Origin: an uncultured Spirochaetota bacterium
GTDB taxonomy: Bacteria; Spirochaetota; Spirochaetia; SZUA-6; Fen-1364
Reading direction: 5' to 3'
DNA: 64,000 nt
Assembly: GCA_963781885.1 (NCBI GenBank)
Contig: CAWAHW010000002.1
Coordinates: 1,088,001-1,152,000, forward strand
Both the position numbers and the translations under genes were made by a program. Positions within the stretch are counted from its first letter, which is position 1. Each line of letters starts with the position of its first letter. Shown here piece after piece: positions 60,097 to 64,000 of this stretch. The notes beneath the pieces are model-generated. The model ran no database searches and had not been told where the DNA came from. It saw only the letters and a list, made by a program, of their open reading frames with translations.

Positions 60097-62221
60097 ATGA
60101 ACACAAAAGCAGGGTTGACGATTTTTGTGAAGCTCCTTGGGGTATTCGTAATCCTCATCGTCTTCATTGGAGCGGTCTGGCTAGGTCTCCTGGTCATTTT
60201 TTACCAGAGAATCCAGATCGCAAATCAGGCCCAGACACTCGCGTTGCAGATCAATGCGCAGACTCTCCAAGCGCGTCGATACGAGAAAAACTTCCAATTG
60301 CGCGACCTGGATACGGCGCCGCTCTATGAGAACGGCGAAGTGGCGGACCTCACAAACCAAGCGGCCGCGGTGACCAGCTTGAAGACTTTCATCGACCAGC
60401 TGGAAAAGCTGAACGCGCTCCATGACCCCGGGACCGTGGAGAATCTGCGAGCGTCCGTCAACGCCTACCAGACGTCGTTCACCTCACTCGTTGATGCTTA
60501 TCGTCGGGCGGGCGCACGTAGCTGGGGTCTCAAGGGGCAGTGGACGGGGGTGGCCAACTCGCTGGAGCAAGAGCTGGCGGCGGTCCGCAATAATAAAGAC
60601 ATCACCATCAGCTATCTTGCGCTGCGACGTGACGAGAAAAACTATCTTCTACGGGGGGACGCAGCCTACGTCACCGCGGTGGGTGACGACGCAGCCGGCT
60701 TGGAGCATGAGATTCGCGCTGTTGGAGAGCCGCTGCGGACCAGCCTTCTTTCCGACCTAAGCGCGTATACGGATAACTTTCAGCAGTATCTCAAGGTTCA
60801 GAATGAAATCGGGATCACGGAAACCGAAGGGCTGCAGGGAGACATGCGGACCGCCATCAACAAGGTGGAGCCGATGGTCGTCGCGATTGTCGTAGAAACC
60901 CAGAAGCTGGTCGCGCGCCAGACCCAGCAGGCGACACAAGCGGCTGATCCTGGCGATCGTTATTGTCATGCTCCTTGGAGCAGGGATCTTCGCATTGCTG
61001 GGCCGCGCCATATCCTCGCCTATCGCACAGGTGGTGCACGTGCTGGCGGGGCTGGCGGAAGGAGACCTCACACACGGCGTTGATGAACGGCTTCTTCGCA
61101 AACGCGACGAGGTGGGCGTGCTCGCGCATGCCGCGCAGACGATGACGACAAAGCTCACGGGAATAGTGTCCACGATCCAGGACAGCTCCGTGCAGATCGC
61201 CTCCTCCAGCGAGCAGATCACCGCAAGCGCCCAGAAGCTGGCCGAAGGCGCGCAGACCCAGGAATCGACACTGGAAGAAACGAGCGCTTCGGTGGAAGAG
61301 CTGACCGCGTCGGTGAACCAGGTGGCCGAGCATGCGCAGTCGCAGGCAGCGGCCGTGGAGGAGGGTTCGAGCTCCATGGCGCAGATCCGCGAGGCAGTGC
61401 AGAAAGTCGCGAACAATCTGACGGAGATCGCGACCCTCGCGGGCAAGTCGGTGGAAAACGCCGTGGGGGGTGCGCACGCGGTGGCACAGGTCGTCGACGG
61501 CATCAATTTGATCGCGGCGAGCTCGGAAAAGGTCGGCGGCATCGTCGCGGTCATCGCGGATATCGCGGACCAGACAACCTCCGCCATCATTTTTGCCACT
61601 CCTCATCATGAACGGGCAAGTGGTAAAGGCACGGGGTTGGGGCTCTCCACCGTATATGCGGTAATCACCCAGGGAGGAGGCTCTATCACGGCATCGAGCC
61701 TTCCCGGTGAGGGAACCCATTTCACGATCTGTCTTCCCCGTGCTTCAGGGACTCGCGAAGCGATGCCTCTGACACCCGGGAACCAAGTTTCCCGTGTGTC
61801 GCGGAGGGTGGTGATGGTCGTCGAGGATGACGAGCACATCAGGCGTTTTATGCGCGGGGTATTTCAGACGCACGGATATGGAGTGCTGACCGCGTGTGAC
61901 GGTATGGAGGCGCTCGAGGTGATCATGCAGCGAGCGGGTGACATTGACGCGCTGATAACCGACATCATCATGCCCCAAATGAACGGAAGAGAGCTGGCTG
62001 AGAAGGTGCATTCCCTTTTTTCACGGGTGCCAATTGTCCTGGTCTCTGGCTATTCGTTCGAATCGCCCGAGAGCCTGGAGCCAATGTGTGGACGCGTGCA
62101 TTTCCTCCGCAAGCCATTCACCGCTTCAAGCCTCGTTGGTGCCCTGGAAATGTGCTTCTTATCCGGGGACGGAGGTCCTGTCATGCCGCAAAGCAGTCGA
62201 TGTTCCTCGGGCGACCAGTGA
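60097..62221 (+). pseudogene. Methyl-accepting chemotaxis protein (frameshift near 60938), truncated and fused in frame to the HATPase tail and receiver of a hybrid histidine kinase
   Basis: TM-sensor-TM-HAMP (RDEVG.L), methylation helices to IADIADQT, then GKGTGLGLSTVY and REC motifs (VEDD, TDIIMP.MNG, FLRKPF). Confidence 0.78.
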
Positions 62222-62467
62222 GCGTTTACTATCGGCCCTCCCGAATCGTGCTATCTGGGGCCGATTCGCCGGAATTGGCTTTCGTTCTGCGCGAAAGTTC
62301 AACCAATCATCGAGAGAAACTCAGTGAGTTCTGGATAGTCGATCAGTTGCTCAGGAAAAAAAGTAACCATGACGGGGAATTCGGCTGATGCACGACACCT
62401 TCACCCATGATCCATTCAGAAAAGAGCAGGAGCACGATGCCTAGGTTTCGGTTGAAGTCCCCAGCTT

Positions 62468-62780
62468 TACTATCTCCCCTTCGACCAAAGTCGGCATGCA
62501 TCTATCCATTCCGATCCTTTTGGGCGAATGGAAGGAAGGGGAAGGTCTATAATTGAAATCCGCTGTTTTTTTCGACCATAGGCACAAACCGCAACGATCT
62601 CCGCGGCGTCGTTGAGCTCGATCGTTTCGACAACGACCGGTAAACCGAGCATGATTGTCGCAAAAGGCAAGATGACATTCTCCGTAACCATGTTGAATAG
62701 CTCCATTGCTTATTCATCGTCATCGTAGCAATCGATAATCGCCTCCGAGATCATTCGCTCCAGGGCCGAACGTGACGCTG
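62468..62780 (-). pseudogene. CcbP-like (annotated calcium-binding) family protein with an in-frame TAA
   Basis: LERMISEAIIDCYDDDE*AMELF..LPF...LG.PV.V....IDA.R.W; family assignment from memory. Confidence 0.55.
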
Positions 62781-63281
62781 AACCGCGATGGCTAAACGGC
62801 CTCCTCAATCTCTGTCAGCTTCAAGCTATCGTTCTTCTTAAGCCTGAAGCTGACCAAAGCTCGATCACATGATACCAGCCTGTCCTTCAATAGCGTTTTC
62901 AGCAAATAGAGGTACGCAGCGTGGGTATTTTCATGCTTCCCTAAGAAATCGATCGCCGCGTCGGCACGTCACGGGCAGTTTGCCAAAGCCCGCACGTACT
63001 CGGTCCTCAGCTCTTCCGTGGCCTCCGAGAAATGCAAAACTCGCGCTCTCACCTGGCCACTGCGCCCGGTCATGAATGGATCGGCCAAGCAGCTTCGGAT
63101 CACCTTGGCCGTAGCCTCGCGAACCGCTTCACGCTCCTCAATAAGACTTCTTGGTACCAAATGGTACCGATAGTCAATTATAGACAGATGTAAGAGTGTT
63201 TTCAGCTAAGAGTAACCATGATGGTAGGAACTAATATATAAATAACTATAATATAATAAGATAGCAAGATAGAAAGATTGT

Positions 63282-63326
63282 TTGACAGGTTACGCATTAT
63301 GTGCTAAACAATGGAACCGGTATCAT
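63282..63326 (+). promoter_or_regulatory. Promoter and LacI-type operator ATGGAACCGGTATCAT
   Basis: TTGACA-17-TAAACA followed by a CG-centred pseudo-palindrome at 63311-63326. Confidence 0.6.
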
Positions 63327-63343
63327 TTATGGGGGATTGGAAC

Positions 63344-64000
63344 ATGGACAGGCCGACGCGGCAGAAAATTACCATTACGGATGTGGCGGAGATGGCCCAC
63401 GTATCAAAGGTGACTGTGTCGAGGGTTCTGAACGGCGCCCCTGTTGTCGGGGAAAAGACTCGGCAACGAATCCTCAAGCTCATCGATTCGCTCGACTTCC
63501 AGCCCGACGCATTTGCTCAGGGACTCGCTTCGCACAGGACGAACACTCTCGGCTTCGTTATTCCCCATACCGGCAGCTATGCCCACACGAGCACATTCTA
63601 CCCTTTGTTCTTGACCTCGGTTGTCCAGGAAGCCGCCGCACACGGGATGAACGTGCTCATATCGACGGCGACTGACGAAACGGACGCCGATTCGGCTTTC
63701 CGCGCCATCCTGAGGGGACGACGCATCAACGGCGTCATTGTCGGCGCCGAGCAATTCGGGGGTGCCCAGCTCAAGGAATTGCTTACGCGGAACGTGCCGT
63801 TCGTAATGATCGGTCGAAGCGGATTCGCGCCGACTCACTACGTCGACGTAGATCATATCGCGGGGGCGCGGGCAGCCGCCGAACACCTGGTGGCGAATGG
63901 CCATGACCGGATAGCCATTCTGGCCGGTCCGCGGACCCTTCCCTATGTCGACGACCGCGTACGGGGAGTGGTCGATGTCTACCGAGAACGCGGTCTGCCC
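63344..64000 (+). CDS. LacI family transcriptional regulator, running off the window edge
   Basis: TITDVAEMAHVSKVTVSRVLNG HTH, F.PD.FA.GL and GH.RIA motifs. Confidence 0.93.
   Translation, partial: MDRPTRQKITITDVAEMAHVSKVTVSRVLNGAPVVGEKTRQRILKLIDSLDFQPDAFAQGLASHRTNTLGFVIPHTGSYAHTSTFYPLFLTSVVQEAAAHGMNVLISTATDETDADSAFRAILRGRRINGVIVGAEQFGGAQLKELLTRNVPFVMIGRSGFAPTHYVDVDHIAGARAAAEHLVANGHDRIAILAGPRTLPYVDDRVRGVVDVYRERGLP

Overview
GC-rich chromosomal segment, most likely from a spirochaete: the comEC-rsmA, cdaA-cdaR-acpS-DUF2225-truA-udg-priA and def-fmt-PASTA gene orders, the short rpoZ and the bS22 sequence all fit Spirochaetota. Bases 1-39284 are core genome: dapAB, pta, tyrA, mtaB, murC, yicC, cmk, rpoZ, miaA, folP and three tRNAs (Lys-TTT, Glu-TTC, Gly-CCC). 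This part also holds two accessory inserts, a twice-repeated lipoprotein + FadL/PorV-like outer-membrane barrel cassette and a GntR-regulated uxuA/SDR/ABC sugar-acid cluster. After tRNA-Gly (39285-end) comes a visibly lower-GC, decaying island crowded with IS elements: IS200 x2, IS1380 x2, IS66 x2 plus a remnant, ISKra4, IS1182 and an IS3 scrap, several nested with readable ends and target duplications. They interrupt a HepT toxin gene, a WD40-caspase lipoprotein gene and the sigma54 promoter of an MCP that is fused in frame to a hybrid-kinase C-terminus. Single-base indels in essential genes (murC, priA) indicate residual assembly errors. Best candidates for undescribed biology: the lipoprotein-barrel pairs, a 30-aa Lys-rich small ORF, a 480-bp duplication starting at an IS200 insertion site, a 25-bp hairpin tandem array and an orphan non-lipidated FlgH-like gene. 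All calls are by eye; no database searches were run.
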